Of a stretch of 30,951 nt of DNA, positions 7,880 through 17,272 are shown in pieces. This DNA comes from a virus (Duplodnaviria; Caudoviricetes). Each line of letters starts with the position of its first letter. The stretch's first letter is position 1. The stretch is taken from positions 1 to 30,951 of the IMG/VR virus record IMGVR_UViG_3300025018_000407. One strand, 5' to 3'. The position numbers and the translations under genes are program-made. The notes under the pieces are model-generated. The model ran no database searches, was not told where the DNA came from, and worked only from the letters and a program-made list of their open reading frames with translations.

Positions 7880-9448
7880 ATGGCTGAAAACAATAACAAT
7901 ATTTTAACAGTAGGTTCAATCGTTAAAATGGATTTGACGATTCAACATGACGAATATCTTGAAACACAATACGCAAGAGATACATCACGCTTATTGTTTG
8001 ATGGCATTCATGCTTTGCAGAAATCCGGCAATATTAAAGATTACTTATTTGAAAAGAAAAATGAATCAAAAAATGATTATAACTTACGTGTTAAGCGTTT
8101 ATTACTTGATCCGTGGATTGATAAAATTATAACGGCTAGACAAGCGTTATTGTTTAGAAAGTCAATCATAAGAGAATTGATTTCCGAATTAAAAGAATAT
8201 ACTGAAAACGTTGACTTAAAAGGAACATCTATAGATTCCTTTATGGAAAATCAGTCAAAACAAGCGCAAATTGATGGTATCCGGTGGATATTAGTAGATA
8301 TGCCTCAACGTATTCTTGATGAGCAAGGTAATTTAAAACCGTTGACCGCATTACAAGAAAAACAATTAAACTTTCGCCCCTTTATGGAATGTATACCGGC
8401 AAATGTTGTAATTGATTGGGAATTTGGTGAAGATAAAAAACTATTATGGGTGGTCATGGAATTAAATATTAAAATGGCTAGGAGTATTGAAAACATTGGC
8501 AGAAAACCGGAAATTAGAAAACAATATAAAGTATGGACAAGAAATTATTGTGTTGTTTATGAAGAAGTAAAAAAAGGAACGCAATATGATATAATGCAGA
8601 ATACAAAAAATGATTTGATTACACTGCCTACGCAAACGAATACGGACAAAGAGTATAAAATTATTAGTATTCAATTAAATATGTTAAGTGAAATTCCATT
8701 AGTGCCTTTGTTTGGTGTTAAACGCAGTGAAGCAAGCGGAGACCCAATTTGTAAGAATATTCTGCAACATGTTATTTTACTAATGAATAAAAATAGTGTT
8801 ACCGATCATTTTGAAGAAAAAGCGGCGCATCCGGTTCCTTATGCAATCAGTAAAAAACCACCGGAAAAGATAGATAGTTGGAATGGTATTTGGATACCAA
8901 ACACAGCCGACGCGAGTGAACATTCTATTGGTCAAACGCAAATAGGATATTTAGAACCAACCGGAGCCAGTTTTTCGGTAATAAAAGAAACCATTAAAGA
9001 TATTACTTATAAAATATTATCTATTTCCTTAGCGCAAAATAGAAAAGAATCGTCACAAGTGCAATCAAGTGATTCTCAAAAAGAAGATAGAAAAATATTT
9101 AGTTCATCCTTATATAGCACATCATTACAGATTGAAGAAACGGAAATTAGGTGCTGGAATTTAATGGCAAAATGGCTGGGAAAAGAAACGGGAGTGGTTG
9201 AATTAACTTATAGCCGTGATTTTGATGACAAAGAAATAGCGGTTGAAATGATAAATTCATTACGTGATTTAGTAACGAGTTATTTACTGCCTAAGAAAAC
9301 GTTATGGGAATTATTGATTAAAAATGAAATATTACCGGACGATTTTGATTTTGATTTAGCGGAGTTGGAAATTTCAAATCAGATTAATGCCGAAAGCGGT
9401 ATCAATACCGGCAATATAATTCTAGGAGATGAAAATGATGAAGTATAA
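7880..9448 (+). CDS. Portal protein (DUF4055/SPP1-like)
   Basis: 522 aa after terL; ENVDLKG, GIRWILVDMP, IPLVP, GYLEPTG, YSRDF motifs. Confidence 0.9.
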   Translation: MAENNNNILTVGSIVKMDLTIQHDEYLETQYARDTSRLLFDGIHALQKSGNIKDYLFEKKNESKNDYNLRVKRLLLDPWIDKIITARQALLFRKSIIRELISELKEYTENVDLKGTSIDSFMENQSKQAQIDGIRWILVDMPQRILDEQGNLKPLTALQEKQLNFRPFMECIPANVVIDWEFGEDKKLLWVVMELNIKMARSIENIGRKPEIRKQYKVWTRNYCVVYEEVKKGTQYDIMQNTKNDLITLPTQTNTDKEYKIISIQLNMLSEIPLVPLFGVKRSEASGDPICKNILQHVILLMNKNSVTDHFEEKAAHPVPYAISKKPPEKIDSWNGIWIPNTADASEHSIGQTQIGYLEPTGASFSVIKETIKDITYKILSISLAQNRKESSQVQSSDSQKEDRKIFSSSLYSTSLQIEETEIRCWNLMAKWLGKETGVVELTYSRDFDDKEIAVEMINSLRDLVTSYLLPKKTLWELLIKNEILPDDFDFDLAELEISNQINAESGINTGNIILGDENDEV

Positions 9449-9911
9449 TAATTTATTACTATTTTTAATAATAACAATATTATCACTTAATTTAAAATGT
9501 GCAACATATACGGAGCGTGAATTTATTATTGAAAATCCAAAAATGGCGGTGATTACCGATATTGCCAGTAATAATATTCAAGCCAATCAACAATTGAATT
9601 GGAATTTAGGAATAGAAGCAATTCCGGTGCAGGGAATACCCTCCGCCAATACCTCATTAAGTAATAACGGAGTATTAGACGCGCATAAAGTTACAATTAA
9701 AATGGCAACGGATGGCGTATTGATTATTCAATCATTAGCCAGTCGTAATATCGGAGTTGACATTGCAGAATTACTGGTAAATTCAGTGAAAACCGTAGAT
9801 CATCCGTTTGGCAATTTAACAGTAAAAGAAAATGGCACTGCAACATTTGAACACGTGGAAAATCAAATTGGAGAAATACCATTAGAAAATAAGAAAGGAT
9901 TATTTTGGTAA
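9435..9911 (+). CDS. Signal-peptide-bearing beta-rich protein, putative head accessory protein
   Basis: AGGAG at 9424-9428 favours ATG 9435 or 9438; N-terminus KYNNLLLFLIITILSLNLKC-A. Confidence 0.7.
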   Translation: MMKYNNLLLFLIITILSLNLKCATYTEREFIIENPKMAVITDIASNNIQANQQLNWNLGIEAIPVQGIPSANTSLSNNGVLDAHKVTIKMATDGVLIIQSLASRNIGVDIAELLVNSVKTVDHPFGNLTVKENGTATFEHVENQIGEIPLENKKGLFW

Positions 9912-9917
9912 ACGATT

Positions 9918-11210
9918 ATGAAACTATTATCTACTTTTACGCTTTTGTTTTTAACGGCATTAATTTCACAAAGTCAAAATGTATTTCGTCCTGATTATCA
10001 ACAATTTCAAGATGACCAATATCACTCAGGAAATGAAGAATTACGAACATCCAATGCTATTATTTTATTCCAAGATGCTATTGAAATAGATAATGAATTT
10101 GACTGGGATTACAATGTAATCGGATCCGCTTCACGCATATTAAATTCAACAAATTCTGCAATTGATTTAATCATTGGTACAACAATGGCGGAATCAATAG
10201 AGCGTATTACACGCAAACAATTTAGTATACCAATCGGTAAATCAGCACGGGTAAATACCGCTTTTATTGCCAACGCAACTAAGAACGGATTAGTACAAGA
10301 GATAGGATTTGCAAATAATAATAATGGCGGTTTCTTGCGAATCAATGAAAATGGTTTTCATTTTATTCACCGGAATATAGCATCCGGCACGGTTACTGAA
10401 ACTACTTATACGCTGGGAGAATCAACTAATCTTTCAATCACAGACCGTTTTAATACCGCGCAAAGTTATTATAACAAATTAGATTTAACTAATAAAGTGC
10501 ATGTATTAACGCAGGAATTTCAATATTTTGGAGGCGGACGTATAAGACAAGGTTTTATCTTGGACGGTAAAATCATTTACATGAATGAAATCAATACAAA
10601 TAATATAACGTCTGAATCCATACTGAAAACAGTACGTTTGCCATTGTATTATAAAATAGTCAATTCCAGTACAACTAATAATGCCAGTACATTATCTTGT
10701 CTTGCATCTTCTTTGCAGATTGACGGCTCTTATGAAATCAGAAAATTTATGTCAACCGTTTCAAACGGCTCTGTAATTCGCAACGCTACCACTGAATTGG
10801 TTCCGGTATTGGCAATACGTCCTGCAATTAAAAATGAGCATGATTTATTTAATAAAAGGCTTATTAGTATTGAATCATTATTTTCACTGAGCGATACCCG
10901 CAGGGCATTGATTCAGATTGAACAAATATTAGATTCGAGTTTAATTAATGTGGAAAATTGGGGAAAACCTCATCATTATTCTGCTGTTGAATATGCTTCC
11001 AGTGTTACGCAAGTAATCAGCAGTAAAAGAAAATTATTGTTTTCTGAAATGATAAATGTTGACGATGTAAAGGGTACTAATAACTTACAATTACCTAAGA
11101 TCAGCCTTGATTCACGGAATACACAAGATGAAATCTTTTTAATCTCTGCAAAAATTATTGAGGGTTCAACAAGCGGATTTTCAATATCTGCTAACATTAT
11201 AGAGGAGTAA
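9918..11210 (+). CDS. Signal-peptide-bearing putative virion structural protein (beta-sandwich/lectin-like)
   Basis: MKLLSTFTLLFLTALISQS-Q; motifs RKQFSIPIGKS, GFANNNNGGF, YFGGGRIRQGFILDG, LPLYYKI recalled from a widespread phage structural family. Confidence 0.7.
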   Translation: MKLLSTFTLLFLTALISQSQNVFRPDYQQFQDDQYHSGNEELRTSNAIILFQDAIEIDNEFDWDYNVIGSASRILNSTNSAIDLIIGTTMAESIERITRKQFSIPIGKSARVNTAFIANATKNGLVQEIGFANNNNGGFLRINENGFHFIHRNIASGTVTETTYTLGESTNLSITDRFNTAQSYYNKLDLTNKVHVLTQEFQYFGGGRIRQGFILDGKIIYMNEINTNNITSESILKTVRLPLYYKIVNSSTTNNASTLSCLASSLQIDGSYEIRKFMSTVSNGSVIRNATTELVPVLAIRPAIKNEHDLFNKRLISIESLFSLSDTRRALIQIEQILDSSLINVENWGKPHHYSAVEYASSVTQVISSKRKLLFSEMINVDDVKGTNNLQLPKISLDSRNTQDEIFLISAKIIEGSTSGFSISANIIEE

Positions 11211-11214
11211 AAAG

Positions 11215-11484
11215 ATGATTAGTGAAAAAAAATGGGAAGAAGAACAAGCAGCACATACTTTATTGGAAGCGGAAAAAATTAAAGATAATCCGCAGTTATT
11301 ATCAGGAGCAAAACGGGTATTGCAGGAAACTGTAGAAAATGGAAATCAAGCAATCAATATATTAAATAGATTAGACGGAACAACTAATCAAAACGAAAGA
11401 AAGGAGATTCAAACGCCAAACAAAATAGTAACAGGTGCAGATATTGAAATGCAAAGAAAAAACATAACTGTGCCTGGAAGATAA
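11215..11484 (+). CDS. Small head-module protein of unknown function
   Basis: 89 aa, GAGGAG SD; KWEEEQAAHTLLEAEKIK helix. Confidence 0.75.
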   Translation: MISEKKWEEEQAAHTLLEAEKIKDNPQLLSGAKRVLQETVENGNQAINILNRLDGTTNQNERKEIQTPNKIVTGADIEMQRKNITVPGR

Positions 11485-11553
11485 GTAGTAAGTTTACGGA
11501 AACGCTAAATCCGGTTATTAGTTAGAATGACTAACTTTAAATAAACATGAAAT

Positions 11554-11579
11554 CGCCTAACGTGACGGCGTAAAACACG
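11554..11579 (+). promoter_or_regulatory. H-type RNA pseudoknot adjacent to the scaffold gene RBS
   Basis: CGCC 11554-57 pairs GGCG 11567-70; CGTG 11561-64 pairs CACG 11576-79; GC-rich island in an AT-rich spacer. Confidence 0.6.
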
Positions 11580-11594
11580 GAAAAGGAAAATCAA

Positions 11595-12407
11595 ATGCCT
11601 GAATTTAAATTAAATGAAAAAGGTTTCTTAGTTGATGAAAAGGACAATCAAATCAAAATTGGTGAAGACACCGTGCAATTACAAGGTTATTTACCGCAAG
11701 CAAAAGTAGATGAGATTGTGCAAACGCGATTGAAGAATAAAGATGCTGAATTGGATGAGAAAAAAAAGAAATTGAAATTATTGGAAGATGAAATCAAAGT
11801 TTTTAATTCTCAACCGGAGAAATCTCCGGCGGTTCAGCAGTTGTTGGAACAAAAACAAAAAGATTTTCAAACGATGCAATTGGCTTTGCAGAATGCCGAA
11901 AAATCAGCACAAGAAGCGGTAAGCGTTCAATTACAGAATGCAAAAGAACAAGCAACTAATTTTGAAAAGTTGTATATGGCAGAAAAAAATCAACGTGTAA
12001 AAGATCAAGTTGAAAATTTGATATTAAGCAAAACGGGTAGTATGTTTATGAATGCGAAAAAAGATGTACTGCCGGCACTCTTATCAAATTGGAAACGTGA
12101 ACCAAAATTAGATGTGGCTGGTAAACCGATTGAAAATCAATTTGTGGATTTATTTGAAATCGAATATTACGACAAAGATTCAAAGACTAAGAAGTCAGGT
12201 AAATTTGAAGTAGAAAAAGCCGTACAATTGTTTTATGAAAATCCTGAAAATGAATATTATCGTTCAGGCAAGATACCACATCAAGGCGGTGGTGGAGGTA
12301 TAGGAAACTTAGTTACACCGCTACAACAAACAGGATATATTAGTCCTGTGCAGAAAATAACCGCAGGTCTTCAAAATATGAAACTCGGTGACACTATTAC
12401 CGGATAA
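11595..12407 (+). CDS. Capsid scaffolding protein
   Basis: Long charged coiled coil, Gly run, C-terminal SPVQKITAGL helix; directly before the capsid gene; no protease gene seen. Confidence 0.85.
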   Translation: MPEFKLNEKGFLVDEKDNQIKIGEDTVQLQGYLPQAKVDEIVQTRLKNKDAELDEKKKKLKLLEDEIKVFNSQPEKSPAVQQLLEQKQKDFQTMQLALQNAEKSAQEAVSVQLQNAKEQATNFEKLYMAEKNQRVKDQVENLILSKTGSMFMNAKKDVLPALLSNWKREPKLDVAGKPIENQFVDLFEIEYYDKDSKTKKSGKFEVEKAVQLFYENPENEYYRSGKIPHQGGGGGIGNLVTPLQQTGYISPVQKITAGLQNMKLGDTITG

Positions 12408-12469
12408 ATAATGACTGAACCTTGCGGCTAAACTAAAAAGAAAAAGAAACAGGAAAGGAAATTTTCAAA

Positions 12470-13408
12470 ATGGCCAGTCAAACATTATCGGAAGCCGCAA
12501 AACTAATTAATAATCAAGTGATTCAAGGTGTCGTAGAAGACGTAATTACGACTAACCCCATTTTTAATTTTTTGCCGTTCAAAGGCTATACAGGTCAAGC
12601 GATTGTTGTTAATCGTGAAGACGCTTTAGGCGATGCCGGATTTTATGCTGTGGGCGCCACAATTACACATAAAGGCGCGGCAACATTCACGCAATATTCT
12701 TACTCGGCAGTTTCGTTAATTGGCGATGTTGAAATGAACGGTTTGGTGCAAGCACAATCGCAAAGTGCAGGTACGAATCAAACTGCAATTGAAATTAGTT
12801 CTAAATCAAAACGTTGTGGAAGATTATTCCAAAACGGTATGGTGTCGGGAACAGGTGTATCGCCGGATATGCACTCCCTGCATACATTAGTTGACTCGAA
12901 TCAATATACGACACCATCCGCCGGACAGGCGGTAAGTTTTACATTACTAAGAACGTTAAAAGATTTGGTAAAATCAAAAGATGGTCAGGTAGATTGGTTA
13001 ATGGCTCCAGGCAGAACACTAAGAAGCATTCAAGCATTATATGATGCGCTTGGAGGAACAACTCCGATGCATGTCATTGAACTAACATCCGGACAAAAGC
13101 AGTCCGTACTACTGTTTGAAGGCACTCCTGTATTCCAAAATGACTGGATGCCGGTAACAGAAACCGCGAATGGCGCGGCATTAACAGGCGGTGCATTGAA
13201 TTCAATTTATGCCGGAGTATGGGATGACGGCTCCGGTAAGATTGGTGTGAGTGGTATCCATCCTGAAAGTGTGCCGGCTGGTATTGTGGTTGAATATGTC
13301 GGCAAGCAAGAAGATAAAGACAATGATCAATACCGCGTAAAATGGTATACTAATTTTGTCAGCATGAACCGGAAAGGTATTGCAAGACTAACAAGTATTA
13401 ACAACTAA
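12470..13408 (+). CDS. Major capsid protein (HK97 fold)
   Basis: MASQTLSEAAKL...GVVE...LPF...NRE start and YRVKWY...IARLTSI end; 312 aa after the scaffold; strong SD. Confidence 0.92.
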   Translation: MASQTLSEAAKLINNQVIQGVVEDVITTNPIFNFLPFKGYTGQAIVVNREDALGDAGFYAVGATITHKGAATFTQYSYSAVSLIGDVEMNGLVQAQSQSAGTNQTAIEISSKSKRCGRLFQNGMVSGTGVSPDMHSLHTLVDSNQYTTPSAGQAVSFTLLRTLKDLVKSKDGQVDWLMAPGRTLRSIQALYDALGGTTPMHVIELTSGQKQSVLLFEGTPVFQNDWMPVTETANGAALTGGALNSIYAGVWDDGSGKIGVSGIHPESVPAGIVVEYVGKQEDKDNDQYRVKWYTNFVSMNRKGIARLTSINN

Positions 13409-13448
13409 TAATTTAATTCTAATTTAACTTATAATTAGAATTAAATTA
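13409..13448. repeat. Perfect 16-bp AT-rich inverted repeat after the capsid stop
   Basis: TAATTTAATTCTAATT (13409-13424) / AATTAGAATTAAATTA (13433-13448), 8-nt loop. Confidence 0.85.
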
Positions 13449-13470
13449 AAATGAAAAGGAAGGAATCATC

Positions 13471-14025
13471 ATGTCATCAAAAGAAAAAGAAATACCGTTG
13501 CACGAGCAAATCAATGCTAATATTGCTCCGATTAAAGTAATGTTGGACAAACAAGAAGTAGATGCGGTGCGTGTCATGTTAAACAATAAAACCGTAAAAG
13601 GTATGGAAGTCGGCGAGCGCAGAAATTTCTTTGGATTCGAATTAACGATGCAGCCGGACGGTGAAACCTGTACAGGATTTATTCCATATATTTTAGCGCA
13701 ATCGGAAATTGAAGCGGGGCGGTTTAAATTGATTAGTATGTCCGACCGCTTCGATTTCAAAGAAGAAACGAAAGATGACCGGCGCGCTTTTCATCAAACA
13801 CCATTGCAAACATTACGGACGGTGCAAAAATTAGATGTGGAACAACTAAGAAAATGGGTTACATCTAATTTCGGATTTTCAGTTTCGGACAATGCCACCA
13901 AAGAACAACTGTTAAATATTATTGTTGATAAAATCGGCGGCACGCAACAAGATTTAGACGAGGCGGTTAATGTGAAAGAAATTCAACCGCAATTACAAGA
14001 CGTCACAAAAAAGAAATCCGGCTAA
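13471..14025 (+). CDS. Hypothetical head-module protein with C-terminal HeH/Rho-N-like helical motif
   Basis: VEQLRKWV...GFSVSDNATKEQLLNII pattern; position after the capsid gene; AAGGAAGG SD. Confidence 0.7.
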   Translation: MSSKEKEIPLHEQINANIAPIKVMLDKQEVDAVRVMLNNKTVKGMEVGERRNFFGFELTMQPDGETCTGFIPYILAQSEIEAGRFKLISMSDRFDFKEETKDDRRAFHQTPLQTLRTVQKLDVEQLRKWVTSNFGFSVSDNATKEQLLNIIVDKIGGTQQDLDEAVNVKEIQPQLQDVTKKKSG

Positions 14026-14064
14026 GTAGTAAGTATCATCATTTTATTAAATAAGGAGAGTAAA

Positions 14065-14616
14065 ATGTTTAATCAATTCTTAAAAGAAATCAAATTCGTT
14101 TTACCTTTGGTATTATTTTTACTGTCTTTTTTAGTTATTAACACAAAAATATTTGCAGACGGCTCGGTTGCTTTTACCAATGATGCTTATGGAGCCGCCG
14201 GTAATTCAATTGGTGATGTTTCTCCGGCGGTTGAGCGTTCTCATTTATTCTCCGTAGCCAATACTACCAATCTTCCTGCGAACGGTATTATTACCGCAAC
14301 GTTTGATATTAGCGGAGCAATATCGTTAAATTTATTACTTGCAGATACCACCGATACCACCGGACAAAATACGGCTAATAAGATAGTATTTAGTCCTACC
14401 TTAGTTATGCAGGTGTACGTTTCACCTACCAGAATAGCATCCATTACTGAGTACCAATTGATTGGTGAAATTACTAATTTAGGTGGAACCATAATTAAAT
14501 TACCGGAACCTTACAGCGCGGCATTGTTTCGATTGCGTCCACCCAGACCGTCAAATTCACGTGCAGGAACATCGCACGATATTCGTATTGACAGCCGAAT
14601 CAATCATAGTTACTAA
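14065..14616 (+). CDS. Signal-peptide-bearing beta-rich protein, putative head decoration/spike base
   Basis: KEIKFVLPLVLFLLSFLVINTKIFA-D; mature part of alternating beta strands; between capsid and adaptor; AAGGAG SD. Confidence 0.7.
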   Translation: MFNQFLKEIKFVLPLVLFLLSFLVINTKIFADGSVAFTNDAYGAAGNSIGDVSPAVERSHLFSVANTTNLPANGIITATFDISGAISLNLLLADTTDTTGQNTANKIVFSPTLVMQVYVSPTRIASITEYQLIGEITNLGGTIIKLPEPYSAALFRLRPPRPSNSRAGTSHDIRIDSRINHSY

Positions 14617-14622
14617 CATTCG

Positions 14623-14691
14623 TCAGAGGAGGCAAATAATGTTTTTCACTTTCCTCCCGACTGTAATAAACGTTTTAAATGCCTCCTCTGA
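14623..14691 (+). promoter_or_regulatory. Long stem-loop sequestering a GAGGAGG SD, with CCUCCC in the loop
   Basis: TCAGAGGAGGCA (14623-34) / TGCCTCCTCTGA (14680-91) perfect 12 bp, plus inner AATGTTT/AAACGTT helix. Confidence 0.8.
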
Positions 14692-14719
14692 ATCTTATTT
14701 TAAAAGGGTACTAAGATGA
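14639..14719 (+). CDS. Putative 26-aa leader peptide MFFTFLPTVINVLNASSESYFKRVLR
   Basis: GAGGAGG 6 nt upstream of ATG 14639; TGA overlaps the next ATG (ATGA). Confidence 0.35.
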   Translation: MFFTFLPTVINVLNASSESYFKRVLR

Positions 14720-15240
14720 CAACATTGGACACAACGGTTGCCACGCTGACTGCAAACTCTTATGCCACACTTGCAGAATTAGACGCTTATTTTGATTCCG
14801 ATATTGCGTTTAAAGTAATATGGGATGCGTTTACTTCAACCGTTAAAACACAAAGAGCAATTGCCTCAACTCGTGCAATTGATTCTTTAAAGTATAATGG
14901 TTTTAAATATAAAAATAATTCTGAACAAATATTAGAACATCCTAGATGGCAAGATTACCCGTATCATGTCACTACTATCAATCCAAAAATTAAACAAGCG
15001 CAAGCGGAAATGATTAAATTACAATATGAAGATCAAGCAATAACCGGAACCGGAAAGAGTAATTCAGAGCAAATCATTAGTAGTGTTGACGTTTTTCAAA
15101 CGGTGAAAGTGAATTTTGAAAATGGTTTGCCGGAAACATCCAGTAATAAGCAACAGTTTTCCGGAGCAAGCGTTCAAAGGATTAAAGCATTATTAGCGAA
15201 TTATTTATTTGACAATTCATCTGTTTTAGTATGGGAATAA
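14716..15240 (+). CDS. Head-tail adaptor (DnaT-like-annotated family)
   Basis: ANSYATLAELDAYF, ILEHPR, IKQAQAEM, LLANYL motifs. Confidence 0.85.
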   Translation: MTTLDTTVATLTANSYATLAELDAYFDSDIAFKVIWDAFTSTVKTQRAIASTRAIDSLKYNGFKYKNNSEQILEHPRWQDYPYHVTTINPKIKQAQAEMIKLQYEDQAITGTGKSNSEQIISSVDVFQTVKVNFENGLPETSSNKQQFSGASVQRIKALLANYLFDNSSVLVWE

Positions 15241-15244
15241 TAAA

Positions 15245-16294
15245 ATGGTTCCTTTCTCTCTGCAAGATTATTTAATTCGCAGGCATATTATAGCCGAATC
15301 ATTTTCAAACGGAGTAACGAAAGAGTTGATTGAAATATTATTCAAAGCACAAAAACAAGTGCAAGATCATATACGCAATCAAAAAGCCGGAAAAATGACA
15401 AAAACAACAATGCAAAAAATTAACGTTGAAATCAATTCCGCATTAAAATTTATTAGTGAAGAATATACGAATAAATTAAATAAAGCACAAATTGAAATGA
15501 TAAAGGACGAATATAACAAACTGAAAAAAACCTTGCGGGGTAATTTAGGAAAATCAGTAAAAGAATCCAATTATATATTGCCTGTTAAACGCATTCAAGC
15601 AATATTAGCAACACCATCCGGCGGTCGGTTTGTGCAGGATTATATTAAAGCGCACGTTAATAGTTTACGAACAAGAATACGGACACAACTAACCATTGAT
15701 ATTATTGAATCTTCATCAATGGAAAAGACAGCGCGTAATCTTAGAACACAATTTGATATTAGCCGACGCGGCGCCAATTTGATTTCACGCACTTCTATTA
15801 TGGATGCCAGTAACAGAGCCAATGAAGAAGTATTCAAAGAAAATACCGATATTATTAAAGGATATAGATATGTTGCCACGTTAGATAATAGAACAACACT
15901 AATATGCGCGGGGCTTGACGGTAAAGAAGTAAGATTAAGGGAAAATTTACCTCAACCGCCATTGCATCCGCTTTGCAGGAGTTTGATTGCTCCTATTTTA
16001 TTTGACGATCAATTTGAGGGGTTAAAAAGAATTGCCGTAACGAATGTGGAAAGAAAAAAAGTAAAACATAGAGATGGTACAACTTCAACAAAATTTAGAA
16101 ATGTTAGCGGTAAAGATGTTTCGGCTAGTACTAATTTTTCTAAATTTCTTGAGAGGCAGCCTGCAAAGTGGCAACGGGAATATTTAGGAAAGACCAGATA
16201 TGAATTATATAAAGACGGCAAGTTATCTTTGCAGGAAATGGCTACCAATTCAAAATCGTTTACAATAGAAGAATTAAAAAAGAAAGTAAGTTGA
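15245..16294 (+). CDS. Minor head morphogenesis protein (SPP1 gp7 / Mu gpF family)
   Basis: ISRTS, YVATLDNRTTLICAGLDG, PPLHPLCRS. Confidence 0.93.
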   Translation: MVPFSLQDYLIRRHIIAESFSNGVTKELIEILFKAQKQVQDHIRNQKAGKMTKTTMQKINVEINSALKFISEEYTNKLNKAQIEMIKDEYNKLKKTLRGNLGKSVKESNYILPVKRIQAILATPSGGRFVQDYIKAHVNSLRTRIRTQLTIDIIESSSMEKTARNLRTQFDISRRGANLISRTSIMDASNRANEEVFKENTDIIKGYRYVATLDNRTTLICAGLDGKEVRLRENLPQPPLHPLCRSLIAPILFDDQFEGLKRIAVTNVERKKVKHRDGTTSTKFRNVSGKDVSASTNFSKFLERQPAKWQREYLGKTRYELYKDGKLSLQEMATNSKSFTIEELKKKVS

Positions 16295-16354
16295 ATCAAT
16301 TTAAGTTTAAAACTATTATTTATTTGTATAAAATATTAAAAAGAAAGTAAGTTA

Positions 16355-16762
16355 ATGGGAGCATTAAACGATAAAATCGCAGGCATTGTAACTAAAGTAT
16401 TTGATAATACTTTAGTATCCGGTTTGGAACTAACTTCATCGGTAACAATCAACCGTATTGCTTCTACAGTGTATAGTACTGCGGATGGTGATGTTACGGG
16501 GAATGCGGAAAATTATATAGTAAATGCAATTAAAAGAAAAATTACAACAAATGATATTAAACAATTACGCGAAATAGGAATTACCGTAACAACAGATGAT
16601 GTTATTCTTAGTATTGGTCAAGATCAAACGGATGCACCAACCGCTATTTTAAAAAATGATGAATTTGTTTTTGACGGTGGAACATATAACTTATTATTAT
16701 TAGAAACAAAAAATTTAGGCGCAACCGGATTAACTTGGATATGCACAGTCAGCCGGAGATAA
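16355..16762 (+). CDS. Head closure / head-tail joining protein
   Basis: 135-aa beta-rich protein with ...FVFDGGTYNL...WICTVSRR end; position before the gp10-like gene. Confidence 0.7.
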   Translation: MGALNDKIAGIVTKVFDNTLVSGLELTSSVTINRIASTVYSTADGDVTGNAENYIVNAIKRKITTNDIKQLREIGITVTTDDVILSIGQDQTDAPTAILKNDEFVFDGGTYNLLLLETKNLGATGLTWICTVSRR

Positions 16763-16764
16763 TC

Positions 16765-17187
16765 ATGGCTAAATTTAATCACAATTTTAAAGAAATGAAA
16801 AAAAGTTTTGACAATGTTTTTCAAGACCGAAAAAAACAACAAACAGATATTGTAAGAGCTGTTATTTTATCCTCTTTAAGTGATGTGATATTTTTATCAC
16901 CCATTATATCCGGAGGATACCGCAGTTCACATCAAGTAATGATAGGTACACTTGGAAGTATTACTACTACTGTTTCGATTAAAGAGCCATTTACGGTATT
17001 AGCGGAGGGGGAACAAATAATAAATGCAAATGTAAAACCGAAAGTAAGAAACTTGATTTTATTTGTCACAAATCCCATTGCTTACGCTTGGGCTTTAGAA
17101 AATGGTCATAGTAAATTACGCCCCAACGGTATTTATTCTATTGCAGAAGATCGCGTAAAGAACCGATGGAAGAAAATAACGGGGTAA
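16765..17187 (+). CDS. HK97 gp10-like tail completion protein
   Basis: SPIISGGYRSS and NPIAYAWALENGHS motifs; GGAG favours ATG 16765 over 16735. Confidence 0.85.
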   Translation: MAKFNHNFKEMKKSFDNVFQDRKKQQTDIVRAVILSSLSDVIFLSPIISGGYRSSHQVMIGTLGSITTTVSIKEPFTVLAEGEQIINANVKPKVRNLILFVTNPIAYAWALENGHSKLRPNGIYSIAEDRVKNRWKKITG

Positions 17188-17272
17188 TAAAAATTGAAAA
17201 TATAAAATGAAATTTTGTAGTTAATCTTATTTTTAAAATCAACTATAAAATTTAAACTTGAAAGTATAGAAC

